Source of the DNA: Eledone cirrhosa
Taxonomy: Eukaryota
NCBI GenBank assembly: GCA_964016885.1
Contig: OZ024743.1
Span: forward strand, 142,042,001-142,106,000
Direction: 5' to 3'
DNA length: 64,000 nt
Made by a program: the position numbers and the translations under genes. Below the pieces are notes generated by a model that had not been told where the DNA came from, did not search any database, and saw only the letters and a list, made by a program, of their open reading frames with translations. Below, in pieces: positions 12,401 through 24,800 of the stretch. The first letter of the stretch is position 1; each line of letters opens with the position of its first letter.

Positions 12401-15400
12401 GTGCTTGGTGTTTGGTGCTTGGTGCTTGGTGTTTGGTGCTTGGTGCTTGGTGTTTGGTGCTGGGTGCTTGGTGTTTGGTGCTTGGTGCTTGGTGCTTGGT
12501 GTTTGGTGCTGGGTGCTTGGTGTTTGGTGTTTGGTGTTATATGCTTGGTGTTTGATGCTTGGTGCTTGGTGCTTGTTGTTTGGTGTTTGGTGCTTGGTGT
12601 TTGATGCTTGGTGTTTGATGCTTGCTGCTTGGTGCTTGGTGTTTGGTGCTTGGTGCTTGGTGTTTGTACTTGGTGCTTGGTGCTTGGTTCTTTGTGTTTG
12701 GTGCTTGGTGCTTGGTGCTTGGTGCTTTGCGTTTGGTGCTTGGTGTTTGGTGCTTGGTGTTTGGTGCTTGGTGCTTGGTGTTTGGTGTTTGGTGCTTGGT
12801 GTTTGGTGCTTGGTACTTGGTGCTTGGTGCTTGGTGTTAGGTGTTTGGTGCTTGGTGTTTGGTTTTTGGTGCTTGGTGCTTTGTGTTTGGTGTTTGGTGC
12901 TTGCTGCTGGCTGCTTGGTGCTTGGTGATTGGGGCTTGGTGTTTGGTGCTTGGTGTTTGGTGTTTGGTTCTAGGTGCTTGGTGCTTTGTGTTTGGTGCTT
13001 GGTGTTTGGTGTTTGGTATTTGGTGCTTGGTGCTTGGTGTTTGGTGCTTGGTGCTGGGTGGTTGGTGTTTGGTGCTTGGTGTTTGGTGCTGGGTGCTTGG
13101 TGTTTGGTGCTTGGTGCTTGGTCTTTGGTGCTTGGTGTTTGGTGTTTGGTGCTTGGTATTTGGTGTTTGGTTCTTGGTGCTTGGTGTTTGGTGCTTGGTG
13201 CTTAGTGTTTGGTGCTAGGTGCTTGGGGTTTGGTGTTTGGTGCTTGGTGTTTGGTGCTTGGTGCTTGGTGTTTGGTGTTTGGTGTTTGGTGCTTGGTGCT
13301 TGGTATTTGGTGTTTGCTGTTTACTGTTTGGTGTTTGTTGTTTGGTGTTTGTTGTTTGGTGTTTGTTGTTTGGTGTTTGTTGTTTGGTGTTTGCTGTTTG
13401 GTGTTTGGTGTTTGTTGTTTGGTGTTTGCTGTTTGGTGTCTGCTTTTTGGTGTTTGGTGTTTGCTGTATGTTGTTTGCTGTTTGGTGTTTGGTGTTTGGT
13501 ATTTGGTGTTTGGTGCTTGGTGCTTGGTGTTTGGTGCTTGGTGCTTGGTGTTTGGTGCCTGGTGCTTGGTGCTTGGTGTTTGGTGTTTGGTGCTTGGTGC
13601 TTGGTGCTTGGTATTTGGTGTTTGGTGCTTGGTGTCTGGTGCTTGGTGTTTGGTGCTTGGTGTTTGGTGTTTGGTGTTTGGTGCTTGGTGCTTGGTATTT
13701 GGTGTTTGGTGCTTGGTGTCTGGTGCTTGGTGTTTGGTGCTTGGTGTTTGGTGTTTGGTGTTTGGTGCTTGGTGCTTGGTGTTTGGTGTTTGGTGTTTGG
13801 TGTTTGGTGTTTGGTGTTTGGTGTCTGCTTTTTGGTGTTTGGTGTTTGCTGTATGGTGTTTGCTGTTTCGTGTTTGGTGTTTGCTGTTTGGTGTTTGGTG
13901 TTTGCTGTTTGGTGTTTGGTCTTTGGTGCTTGGTGTTTGGTGCCTGGTGCTTGGTGCTTGGTGTTTGGTGTTTGGTGCTTGGTGCTTGGTGCTTGGTATT
14001 TGGTGCTTGGTGCTTGGTGTCTGGTGCTTGGTGTTTGGTGCTTGGTGTTTGGTGTTTGGTGTTTGGTGCTTGGTGCTTGGTATTTGGTGTTTGGTGCTTG
14101 GTGTCTGGTGCTTGGTGTTTGGTGCTTGGTGTTTGGTGTTTGGTGTTTGGTGCTTGGTGCTTGGTGTTTGGTGTTTGGTGTTTGGTGTTTGCTGTTTGCT
14201 GTTTGGTGTCTGCTTTTTGGTGTTTGGTGTTTGCTGTATGGTGTTTGCTGTTTCGTGTTTGGTGTTTGGTGTTTGTTGTTTGGTGTTTGCTGTTTGGTGT
14301 TTGGTGTTTGCTGTTTGCTGTTTGCTGTTTGGTGTCTGCTTTTTGGTGTTTGGTGTTTGCTGTATGGTGTTTGCTGTTTCGTGTTTGGTGTTTGCTGTTT
14401 GGTGCTTGGTGCTTGGTGTTTGGTATTTGGTGCTTGGTGCTTAGTGCTTGGTGTTTGGTGTTTGGTGCTTGGTGCTTGGTGCTTGGTGTTTGGTGCTTGG
14501 TGCTTGGTGTTTGGTGCTGGGTGCTTGGTGTTTGGTGCTTGGTGCTTGGTGTTTGGTGCTGGGTGCTTGGTGTTTGGTGTTTGGTGTTATATGCTTGGTG
14601 TTTGATGCTTGGTGCTTGGTGCTTGTTGTTTGGTGTTTGGTGCTTGGTGTTTGATGCTTGGTGTTTGATGCTTGGTGCTTGGTGCTTGGTGTTTGGTGCT
14701 TGGTGCTTGGTGTTTGTACTTGGTGCTTGGTGCTTGGTTCTTTGTGTTTGGTGCTTGGTGCTTGGTGCTTGGTGCTTTGTGTTTGGTGCTTGGTGTTTGG
14801 TGCTTGGTGTTTGGTGCTTGGTGCCTGGTGCTTGGTGCTTGGTGCTTGGTGTTTTGTGCTTCGTGTTTGGTGCTTGGTGTTAGGTGTTTGGTGCTTGGTG
14901 CTTGGTGTTTGGTGTTTGGTGCTTGGTGTTTGGTGCTTGGCGCTTGGTGTTTGGTGTTTGGTGCTTGGTGTTTGGTGCTTGGTACTTGGTGCTTGGTGCT
15001 TGGTGTTAGGTGTTTGGTGCTTGGTGTTTGGTTTTTGGTGCTTGGTGCTTGGTGTTTGGTGTTTGGTGCTTGCTGCTGGCTGCTTGGTGCTTGGTGATTG
15101 GGGCTTGGTGTTTGGTGCTTGGTGTTTGGTGTTTGGTGCTAGGTGCTTGGTGCTTGGTGTTTGGTGCTTGGTGTTTGGTGTTTGGTATTTGGTGCTTGGT
15201 GCTTGGTGTTTGGTGCTTGGTGCTGGGTGGTTGGTGTTTGGTGCTTGGTGTTTGGTGCTGGGTGCTTGGTGTTTGGTGCTTGGTGCTTGGTCTTTGGTGC
15301 TTGGTGTTTGGTGTTTGGTGCTTGCTGCTTGGTGTTTGTTTCTTGGTGCTTGGTGTTTGGTGCTTGGTGCTTAGTGTTTGGCGCTAGGTGCTTGGGGTTT

Positions 15401-18400
15401 GGTGTTTGGTGCTTGGTGTTTGGTGCTTGGTGTTTGGCGCTAGGTGCTTGGTGTTTGGTGTTTGGTGCTTGGTGCTTGGTATTTGGTGTTTGCTGTTTAC
15501 TGTTTGGTGTTTGGTGTTTGGTGTTTGTTGTTTGGTGTTTGTTGTTTGGTGTTTGTTGTTTGGTGTTTGCTATTTGGTGTTTGGTGTTTGTTGTTTGGTG
15601 TTTGCAGTTTGGTGTCTGCTTTTTGGTGTTTGGTGTTTGCTGTATGTTGTTTGCTGTTTGGTGTTTGGTGTTTGGTATTTGGTGTTTGGTGCTTGGTGCT
15701 TGGTGTTTGGTGCTTGGTGCTTGGTGTTTGGTGCTGGGTGCTTGGTGTTTGGTGCTTGGTGCTTGGTGCTTGGTGTTTGGTGCTGGGTGCTTGGTGTTTG
15801 GTGTTTGGTGTTATATGCTTGGTGTTTGATGCTTGGTGCTTGGTGCTTGTTGTTTGGTGTTTGGTGCTTGGTGTTTGATGCTTGGTGTTTGATGCTTGCT
15901 GCTTGGTGCTTGGTGTTTGGTGCTTGGTGCTTGGTGTTTGTACTTGGTGCTTGGTGCTTGGTTCTTTGTGTTTGGTGCTTGGTGCTTGGTGCTTGGTGCT
16001 TTGCGTTTGGTGCTTGGTGTTTGGTGCTTGGTGTTTGGTGCTTGGTGCCTGGTGCTTTGGTGCTTGGTACTTGGTGTTTGGTGCTTGGTGTTTGGTGCTT
16101 GGTGTTAGGTGTTTGGTGCTTGGTGCTTGGTGTTTGGTGTTTGGTGCTTGGTGTTTGGTGCTTGGTGCTTGGTGTTTGGTGTTTGGTGCTTGGTGTTTGG
16201 TGCTTGGTACTTGGTGCTTGGTGCTTGGTGTTAGGTGTTTGGTGCTTGGTGTTTGGTTTTTGGTGCTTGGTGCTTGGTGTTTGGTGTTTGGTGCTTGGTG
16301 TTTGGTGTTTGGTTCTAGGTGCTTGGTGCTTGGTGTTTGGTGCTTGGAGTTTGGTGTTTGGTGTTTGGTGCTTGGTGCTTGGTGTTTGGTGCTTGGTGCT
16401 GGGTGGTTGGTGTTTGGTGCTTGGTGTTTGGTGCTGGGTGCTTGGTGTTTGGTGCTTGGTGCTTGGTCTTTGGTGCTTGGTGTTTGGTGTTTGGTGCTTG
16501 GTATTTGGTGTTTGGTTCTTGGTGCTTGGTGTTTGGTGCTTGGTGCTTAGTGTTTGGTGCTAGGTGCTTGGGGTTTGGTGTTTGGTGCTTGGTGTTTGGT
16601 GCTTGGTGCTTGGTGTTTGGTGTTTGGTGTTTGGTGCTTGGTGCTTGGTATTTGGTGTTTGCTGTTTACTGTTTGGTGTTTGTTGTTTGGTGTTTGTTGT
16701 TTGGTGTTTGTTGTTTGGTGTTTGTTGTTTGGTGTTTGCTGTTTGGTGTTTGGTGTTTGTTGTTTGGTGTTTGCTGTTTGGTGTCTGCTTTTTGGTGTTT
16801 GGTGTTTGCTGTATGTTGTTTGCTGTTTGGTGTTTGGTGTTTGGTATTTGGTGTTTGGTGCTTGGTGCTTGGTGTTTGGTGCTTGGTGCTTGGTGTTTGG
16901 TGCCTGGTGCTTGGTGCTTGGTGGTTGGAGTTTGGTGTTTGCTGCTTGTTGCTTGGTGTTTTGTGTTTGGTGTTTGGTTTTTGGTGCTTGGTGCTTGGTG
17001 CTTGGTCCTTGGTGTTTGTTGCTGGGTGCTTTGTGTTTGGTGCTTGGTGCTTCGTGCTTGGTGTTTGGTGTTTGCTGCTTGGTGTTTGGTGCTTGGTGCT
17101 TGGTGCTTGGTGTTTTGTGTTTGGTGCTTGGTGCTTGGTGTTTGTACTTGGTGCTTGGTGCTTGGCGTTTGGTTCTTGGTACTTGGTGTTTGGTACTTGG
17201 TGCTTGCTGCTTGGTGCTTGGTGTTTGGTGCTTGGTGTTTGGTGCTTGGTGCTTGGGGTTTGGTGCTTGGTGTTTGGTGTTTGGTGCTTGGTGCTTGGTG
17301 TTTGGTGTTTGGTGTTTGCTGTTTGCTGTTTGCTGTTTGGTGTCTGCTTTTTGGTGTTTGGTGTTTGCTGTATGGTGTTTGCTGTTTCGTGTTTGGTGTT
17401 TGCTGTTTGGTGTTTGGTCTTTGGTGCTTGGTGTTTGGTGCTTGGTGCTTAGTGTTTGGTGTTTGGTGCTTGGTGCTTGGTGTTTGGTGTTTGGTGCTTG
17501 GTGCTTGGTGCTTGGTATTTGGTGTTTGGTGCTTGGTGTCTGGTGCTTGGTGTTTGGTGCTTGGTGTTTGGTGTTTGGTGTTTGGTGCTTGGTGCTTGGT
17601 ATTTGGTGTTTGGTCCTTGGTGTCTGGTGCTTGGTGTTTGGTGCTTGGTGTTTGGTGTTTGGTGTTTGGTGCTTGGTGCTTGGTGTTTGGTGTTTGGTGT
17701 TTGGTGTTTGGTGTTTTCTGTTTGGTGTCTGCTTTTTGGTGTTTGGTGTTTGTTGTATGGTGTTTGCTGTTTCGTGTTTGGTTTTAGCTGTTTGGTGTTT
17801 GGTGTTTGCTGTTTGGTGTTTGGTCTTTGGTGCTTGGTGTTTGGTGCTTGGTGTTTGGTGTTTGGTGCTTGGTGCTTGGTGTTTGGTATTTGGTGCTTGG
17901 TGCTTGGTGCTTGGTGTTTGGTGTTTGGTGCTTGGTGCTTGGTGCTTGGTGTTTGGTGCTTGGTGCTTGGTGTTTGGTGCTGGGTGCTTGGTGTTTGGTG
18001 CTTGGTGCTTGGTGCTTGGTGTTTGGTGCTGGGTGATGGTGTTTGGTGTTTGGTGTTATATGCTTGGTGTTTGATGCTTGGTGCTTGGTGCTTGTTGTTT
18101 GGTGTTTGGTGCTTGGTGTTTGATGCTTGGTGTTTGATGCTTGGTGCTTGGTGCTTGGTGTTTGGTGCTTGGTGCTTGGTGTTTGTACTTGGTGCTTGGT
18201 GCTTGGTTCTTTGTGTTTGGTGCTTGGTGCTTGGTGCTTGGTGCTTTGTGTTTGGTGCTTGGTGTTTGGTGCTTGGTGTTTGGTGCTTCGTGTTTGGTGC
18301 TTGGTGTTAGGTGTTTGGTGCTTGGTGCTTGGTGTTTGGTGTTTGGTGCTTGGTGTTTGGTGCTTGGTGCTTGGTGTTTGGTGTTTGGTGCTTGGTGTTT

Positions 18401-18800
18401 GGTGCTTGGTACTTGGTGCTTGGTGCTTGGTGTTAGGTGTTTGGTGCTTGGTGTTTGGTTTTTGGTGCTTGGTGCTTGGTGTTTGGTGTTTGGTGCTTGC
18501 TGCTGGCTGCTTGGTGCTTGGTGATTGGGGCTTGGTGTTTGGTGCTTGGTGTTTGGTGTTTGGTGCTAGGTGCTTGGTGCTTGGTGTTTGGTGCTTGGTG
18601 TTTGGTGTTTGGTGTTTGGTGCTTGGTGCTTGGTGTTTGGTGCTTGGTGCTGGGTGGTTGGTGTTTGGTGCTTGGTGTTTGGTGCTGGGTGCTTGGTGTT
18701 TGGTGCTTGGTGCTTGGTCTTTGGTGCTTGGTGTTTGGTGTTTGGTGCTTGCTGCTTGGTGTTTGTTTCTTGGTGCTTGGTGTTTGGTGCTTGGTGCTTA
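6000..18800 (+). repeat. Further rearranged copies of the domain-I HOR (offsets about 5.1-5.24 kb and 8.5 kb)
   Basis: ORFs 6111/11344 (5233); TATATGC 7298/12538 (5240) and 9488/14588 (5100); extra-T unit 7542/16056 and ORFs 7382/15896 (8514). Confidence 0.8.
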
Positions 18801-21800
18801 GTGTTTGGTGCTAGGTGCTTGGGGTTTGGTGTTTGGTGCTTGGTGTTTGGTGCTTGGTGCTTGGTGTTTGGTGTTTGGTGTTTGGTGCTTGGTGCTTGGT
18901 ATTTGGTGTTTGCTGTTTACTGTTTGGTGTTTGGTGTTTGGTGTTTGTTGTTTGGTGTTTGTTGTTTGGTGTTTGTTGTTTGGTGTTTGCTATTTGGTGT
19001 TTGGTGTTTGTTGTTTGGTGTTTGCTGTTTGGTGTCTGCTTTTTGGTGTTTGGTGTTTGCTGTATGTTGTTTGCTGTTTGGTGTTTGGTGTTTGGTATTT
19101 GGTGTTTGGTGCTTGGTGCTTGGTGTTTGGTGCTTGGTGCTTGGTGTTTGGTGCCTGGTGCTTGGTGCTTGGTGTTTGGTGTTTGGTGCTTGGTGCTTGG
19201 TGCTGGGAGTTTGGTGTTTGGTGCTTGTTGCTTGGTGTTTTGTGTTTGGTGTTTGGTTTTTGGTGCTTGGTGCTTGGTGCTTGGTCCTTGGTGTTTGGTG
19301 CTGGGTGCTTTGTGTTTGGTGCTTGGTGCTTCGTGCTTGGTGTTTGGTGTTTGCTGCTTGGTGTTTGGTGCTTGCTGCTTGGTGCTTGGTGTTTTGTGTT
19401 TGGTGCTTGGTGCCTGGTGTTTGTACTTGGTGCTTGGTGCTTGGTGTTTGGTTCTTGGTTCTTGGTGTTTGGTGCTTGGTGTTTGGTGCTTGGTGCTTGG
19501 TGTTTGGTGTTTGGTGTTTGCTGTTTGCTGTTTGCTGTTTGGTGTCTGCTTTTTGGTGTTTGTTGTTTGCTGTATGGTGTTTGCTGTTTCGTGTTTGGTG
19601 TTTGCTGTTTGTTGTTTGGTCTTTGGTGCTTGGTGTTTGGAGCTTGGTGCTTGGTGTTTGGTGTTTGGTGCTTGATGCTTGGTGTTTGGTGTTTGGTGCT
19701 TGGTGATTGGTGCTTGGTATTTGGTGTTTGGTGCTTGGTGTCTGGGGCTTGGTGTTTGGTTCTTGGTGTTTGGTGTTTGGTGTTTGGTGCTTGGTGCTTG
19801 GTATTTGGTGTTTGGTGCTTGGTGTCTGGTGCTTGGTGTTTGGTGCTTGGTGTTTGGTGTTTGGTGTTTGGTGCTTGGTGCTTGGTGTTTGGTGTTTGGT
19901 GTTTGGTGTTTGGTGTTTGCTGTTTGGTGTCTGCTTTTTGGTGTTTGGTGTTTGCTGTATGGTGTTTGCTGTTTCGTGTTTGGTGTTTGCTGTTTGGTGT
20001 TTGGTGTTTGCTGTTTGGTGTTTGGTCTTTGGTGCTTGGTGTTTGGTGCTTGGTGTTTGGTGTTTGGTGCTTGGTACTTGGTGTTTGGTATTTGGTGCTT
20101 GGTGCTTGGTGACTGGTGTTTGGTGTTTGGTGCTTGGTGCTTGGTGCTTGGTGTTTGGTGCTTGGTGCTTGGTGTTTGGTGCTGGGTGCTTGGTGTTTGG
20201 TGCTTGGTGCTTGGTGCTTGGTATTTGGTGTTTGGTGCTTGGTGTCTGGTGCTTGGTGTTTGGTGCTTGGTGTTTGGTGTTTGGTGTTTGGTGCTTGGTG
20301 CTTGGTGTTTGGTGTTTGGTGCTTGGTGTTTGGAGTTTGGTGTTTGGTGCTTGTTGCTTGGTGCTTGGTGCTTGGTGTTTGGTGCTTGGTGCTTGGTGTT
20401 TGGTGCTGGGTGCTGGGTGCTTGGTGCTTGGTGCATGGTGCTTGGTGCTTGGTGTTTGGTGTTTGGTGCTTGGTGCTTGGTGTTTGGTGTTATATGCTTG
20501 GTGTTTGATGCTTGGTGCTTGCTGCTTGGTGTTTGGTGTTTGGTGCTTGGTGTTTGATGCTTGGTGCTTGGTGCTTGGTGTTTGGTGCTTGGTGCTTGGT
20601 GTTTGTACTTGGTGCTTGGTGCTTGGTTCTTGGTGTTTGGTGCTTGGTGTTTGGTGCTTGGTGTTTGGTGCTTGGTGCTTGGTGCTTGGTGCATGGTGCT
20701 TGGTGTTTGGTGCTTGGTGTTTGGTGCTTGGTGTTAGGTGTTTGGTGCTTGGTGCTTGGTGTTTGGTGTTTGGTGCTTGGTGTTTGGTGCTTGGTGCTTG
20801 GTGTTTGGTGTTTGGTGCTTGGTGTTTGGTGCTTGCTACGTGGTGCTTGGTGCTTGGTGTTAGGTGTTTGGTGCTTGGTGCGTGGTGTTTGGTTTTTGGT
20901 GCTTGGTGCTTGGTGTTTGGTGTTTGGTGCTTGCTGCTGGCTGCTTGGTGTTTGGTGCTTGGTGATTGGTGCTTGGTGTTTGGTGCTTGGTGTTTGGTGT
21001 TTGGTGCTAGGTGCTTGGTGCTTGGTGTTTGGTGCTTGGTGCTTGGTGTTTGGTGTTTGGTGCTTTGTGCTTGGTGTTTGGTGCTTGGTGCTGGGTGGTT
21101 GGTGTTTGGTGCTTGGTGTTTGGTGCTGGGTGCTTGGTGTTTGGTGCCTGGTGCTTGGTCTTTGGTGCTTGGTGTTTGGTGTTTGGTGCTTGGTGCTTGG
21201 TGCTTGGTGTTTGGTGCTTGGTGCTTGGTGTTTGGTGCTTGGTGCTTAGTGTTTGGTGCTAGGTGCTTGGGGTTTGGTGTTTGGTGCTTGGTGCTTGGTG
21301 TTTGGTGCTTGGTGCTTGGTGCTTGGTCTTTGGTGTTTGGTGTTTAGTGCTTGGTGCTTGGTGCTTGGTGTTTGGTGCTTGGTGCTTGGTGCATTGTGAT
21401 TAGTGTTTGGTGCTTGGTGCTTGGGGTTTGGTGTTTGGTGCTTGGTGCTTGGTATTTGGTGCTTGGTACTTGGTGTTTGGTGCTTGGTGTTTGTTGTTTG
21501 CTGTTTGCTGTTTTTGGTGTTTGCTGTTTGCTGTTTGGTGTCTGCTTTTTGGTGTTTGGTGTTTGCTCTATGGTGTTTGCTGTTTCATGTTTGGTGTTTG
21601 CTGTTTGGTGTTTGGTGTTTGCTGTTTGGTGTTTGGTCATTGGTGCTTGGTCTTTGGTGCTTGGTGTTTGGTGCTTGGTGCTTGGTGTTTGGTGTTTGGT
21701 GCTTGGTGCCTGGTGCTTGTTGTTTGGTGATTGGTGCTTGGTGTTTGCTGTTTGGTGTTTGGTGTTTGGTGTTTGCTGTTTGGTGTTTGGTACTTGGTGC

Positions 21801-24800
21801 TTGGTGCTTGGTGTTTAGTGCTTGGTGCTTGGTGTTTGGTGCTTGGTGCTTGGTGTTTGGTGCTTGGTGCCTGGTGCTTGTTGTTTGGTGATTGGTGCTT
21901 GGTGTTTGCTGTTTGGTGTTTGGTGCTTGGTGCTTGGTGCTTGGTGTTTGGTGCTTGGTGTTTGGTGCTTGGTGCTTGATGGTTGGTGTTTGTACTTGGT
22001 GCTTGGTGCTTGGTGTTTTGTGCTTGATTCTTGGTGTTTGGTGCTAGGTGTTTGCTGCTTAGTGCTTGGTGTTTGGTGTTTGGTGCTTGGTGTTTGGTGC
22101 TTGGTGCTTGGTGCTTGGTGTTAGGTATTTGGTGCTTGGTGTTTGGTGTTTGGTGCTTCATGCTTGGTGCTTGGTGTTTGGTCTTTGGTGCTCGGTCTTT
22201 GGTGCTTGGTGTTTGGTGCTTGGTGCTTGGTGTTTGGTCTTTGGTGCTTGGTGCCTGGTGCTTGTTGTTTGGTGATTGGTGCTTGGTGTTTGCTGTTTGG
22301 TGTTTGGTGTTTGGTGTTTGCTGTTTTGTGTTTGGTGCTTGGTGCTTGGTGCTTGGTGTTTGGTGCTTGGTGCTTGGTGTTTGGTGCTTGGTGCTTGATG
22401 CTTGGTGTTTGTACTTGGTGCTTGGTGCTTGGTGTTTTGTGCTTGATTCTTGGTGTTTGGTGCTTGGTGTTTGGTGCTTAGTGCTTGGTGTTTGGTGTTT
22501 GGTGCTTGGTGTTTGGTGCTTGGTGCTTTGTGCTTGGTGTTAGGTGTTTGGTGCTTGGTGTTTGGTGTTTGGTGCTTCATGCTTGGTGCTTGGTGTTTGG
22601 TGCTTGGTGCTTGGTGTTTGGTGCTTGGTGCCTGGTGCATGGTGTTTGGTGCTTGATGCTTGGTGTTTGGTGTTTGGTGCTTGGTGTTTGGTGCTTGGTG
22701 CTTGGTGCTTGGTGTTAGGTGTTAGGTGTTTGGTGATTGGTGCTTGGTGTTTGGTGCTTGGTGCTTGATGTTTGGTGCTTGGTGCTTGGTGTTTGGTGCT
22801 TGGTGTTTGGTGCTTGGTACTTGGGGCTTGGTGTTTGGTGCTTGGTGCTTGGTGTTTGGTGCTTGGTGTTTGGTGTTTGGTGCTTGGTGTTTGGTGCTTG
22901 GTGCTTGGTGCTGGGTGGTTGGTGTTTGGTGCTTGGTGCTTGGTGTTTGGTGCTTGGTGCTTGGTGTTTGGTGCTTGGCGCTTGGTGCTTGGTCTTTGGT
23001 GCTTGGTGATTAGTGTTTGGTGCTTGGTGCTTGGGGTTTGGTGTTTGGTGCTTGGTGCTTGGTGTTTGGTGCTTGGTGTTTGGTGCTTGGTGTTTGGTTT
23101 TTGCTGTTTGGTGTTTGGTGTTTGCTGTTTGCTGTTTGCTGTTTGGTGTCTGCTTTTTGGTGTTTGGTGTTTGCTGTATCGTGTTTGCTGTTTCGTGTTT
23201 ATTGTTTGCTGTTTGGTGTTTGGTGTTTGGTGTTTGGTGTTTCCTGTTTGGTGTTTAGTCTTTGGTGCTTGGTGTTTGGTGCTTGGTGCTTGGTGTTTGG
23301 TGTTTGGTGCTTGGTGCTTGGTGTTTGGTGCTTGGTGCTTGTTGTTTGGTGATTGGTGCTTGGTGCTTGGTGTTTGGTGTTTGGTGCTTGGGGCTTGGTG
23401 TTTGGTGCTTGGTGCTTGGTGCTTGGTGCTTGGTGTTTGGTGTTTGATGATTGGTGTTTGGTGTTTGGTGTTTGGTGCTTGGTGCTTGGTGTTTGGTGTT
23501 TGATGCTTCCTGCTTGATGCTTGGTGCTTGGTGCTTGGTGTTTGGTGCTTGGTGCTTGGTGTTTGGTGCTTGGTACTTGGTGTTTGGTTCTTGGTGTTTG
23601 CTGTTTGCTGTTTGGTGTTTGTTGTTTGCTGTTTGCTGTTTGGTGTCTGCTTTTTGGTGTTTGTTGTTTGCTCTATGGTGTTTGCTGTTTCATGTTTGGT
23701 GTTTGCTGTTTGGTGTTTGTTGTTTGGTGCTTGGTGCTTGGTCTTTGGTGCTTGGTGTTTGGTGTTTGGTGCTTGGTGCTTGGTGTTTGGTGTTTGGTGC
23801 TTGGTGCTTGGTGTTTGGTGCTTGGTGCTTAGTGTTTGGTGCTAGGTGCTTGGGGTTTGGTGTTTGGTGCTTGGTGCTTGGTGTTTGGTGCTTGGTGCTT
23901 GGTGCTTGGTCTTTGCTGTTTGGTGTTTAGTGCTTGGTGCTTGGTGCTTGGTGTTTGGTGCTTGGTGCTTGGTGCATTGTGATTAGTGTTTGGTGCTTGG
24001 TGCTTGGGGTTTGGTGTTTGGTGCTTGGTGCTTGGTATTTGGTGCTTGGTACTTGGTGTTTGGTGCTTGGTGTTTGCTGTTTGCTGTTTGCTGTTTTTGG
24101 TGTTTGCTGTTTGCTGTTTGATGTCTGCTTTTTGGTGTTTGGTGTTTGCTCTATGGTGTTTGCTGTTTCATGTTTGGTGTTTGCTGTTTGGTGTTTGGTG
24201 TTTGCTGTTTGGTGTTTGGTCTTTGTGCTTGGTCTTTGGTGCTTGGTGTTTGGTGCTTGGTGCTTGGTGTTTGGTGCTTGGTGCTTGGCGCCTGGTGCTT
24301 GTTGTTTGGTGATTGGTGCTTGGTGTTTGCTGTTTGGTGTTTGGTGTTTGGTGTTTGCTGTTTGGTGTTTGGTGCTTGGTGCTTGGTGCTTGGTGTTTGG
24401 TGCTTGGTGCTTGGTGTTTGGTGCTTGGTGCTTGGTGTTTGGTGCTTGGTGCCTGGTGCTTGTTGTTTGGTGATTGGTGCTTGGTGTTTGCTGTTTGGTG
24501 TTTGGTGTTTGGTGTTTGCTGTTTGGTGTTTGGTGCTGGGTGCTTGGTGTTTGGTGTTTGATGCTTGGTGTTTGATGCTTGGTGCTTGGTGCTTGGTGTT
24601 TGGTGTTTGGTGTTTGCTGTTTGGTGTTTGGTGCTTGGTGCTTGGTGCTTGGTGTTTGGTGCTTGGTGTTTGGTGCTTGGTGCTTGATGGTTGGTGTTTG
24701 TACTTGGTGCTTGGTGCTTGGAGTTTTGTGCTTGATTCTTGGTGTTTGGTGCTAGGTGTTTGCTGCTTAGTGCTTGGTGTTTGGTGTTTGGTGCTTGGTG

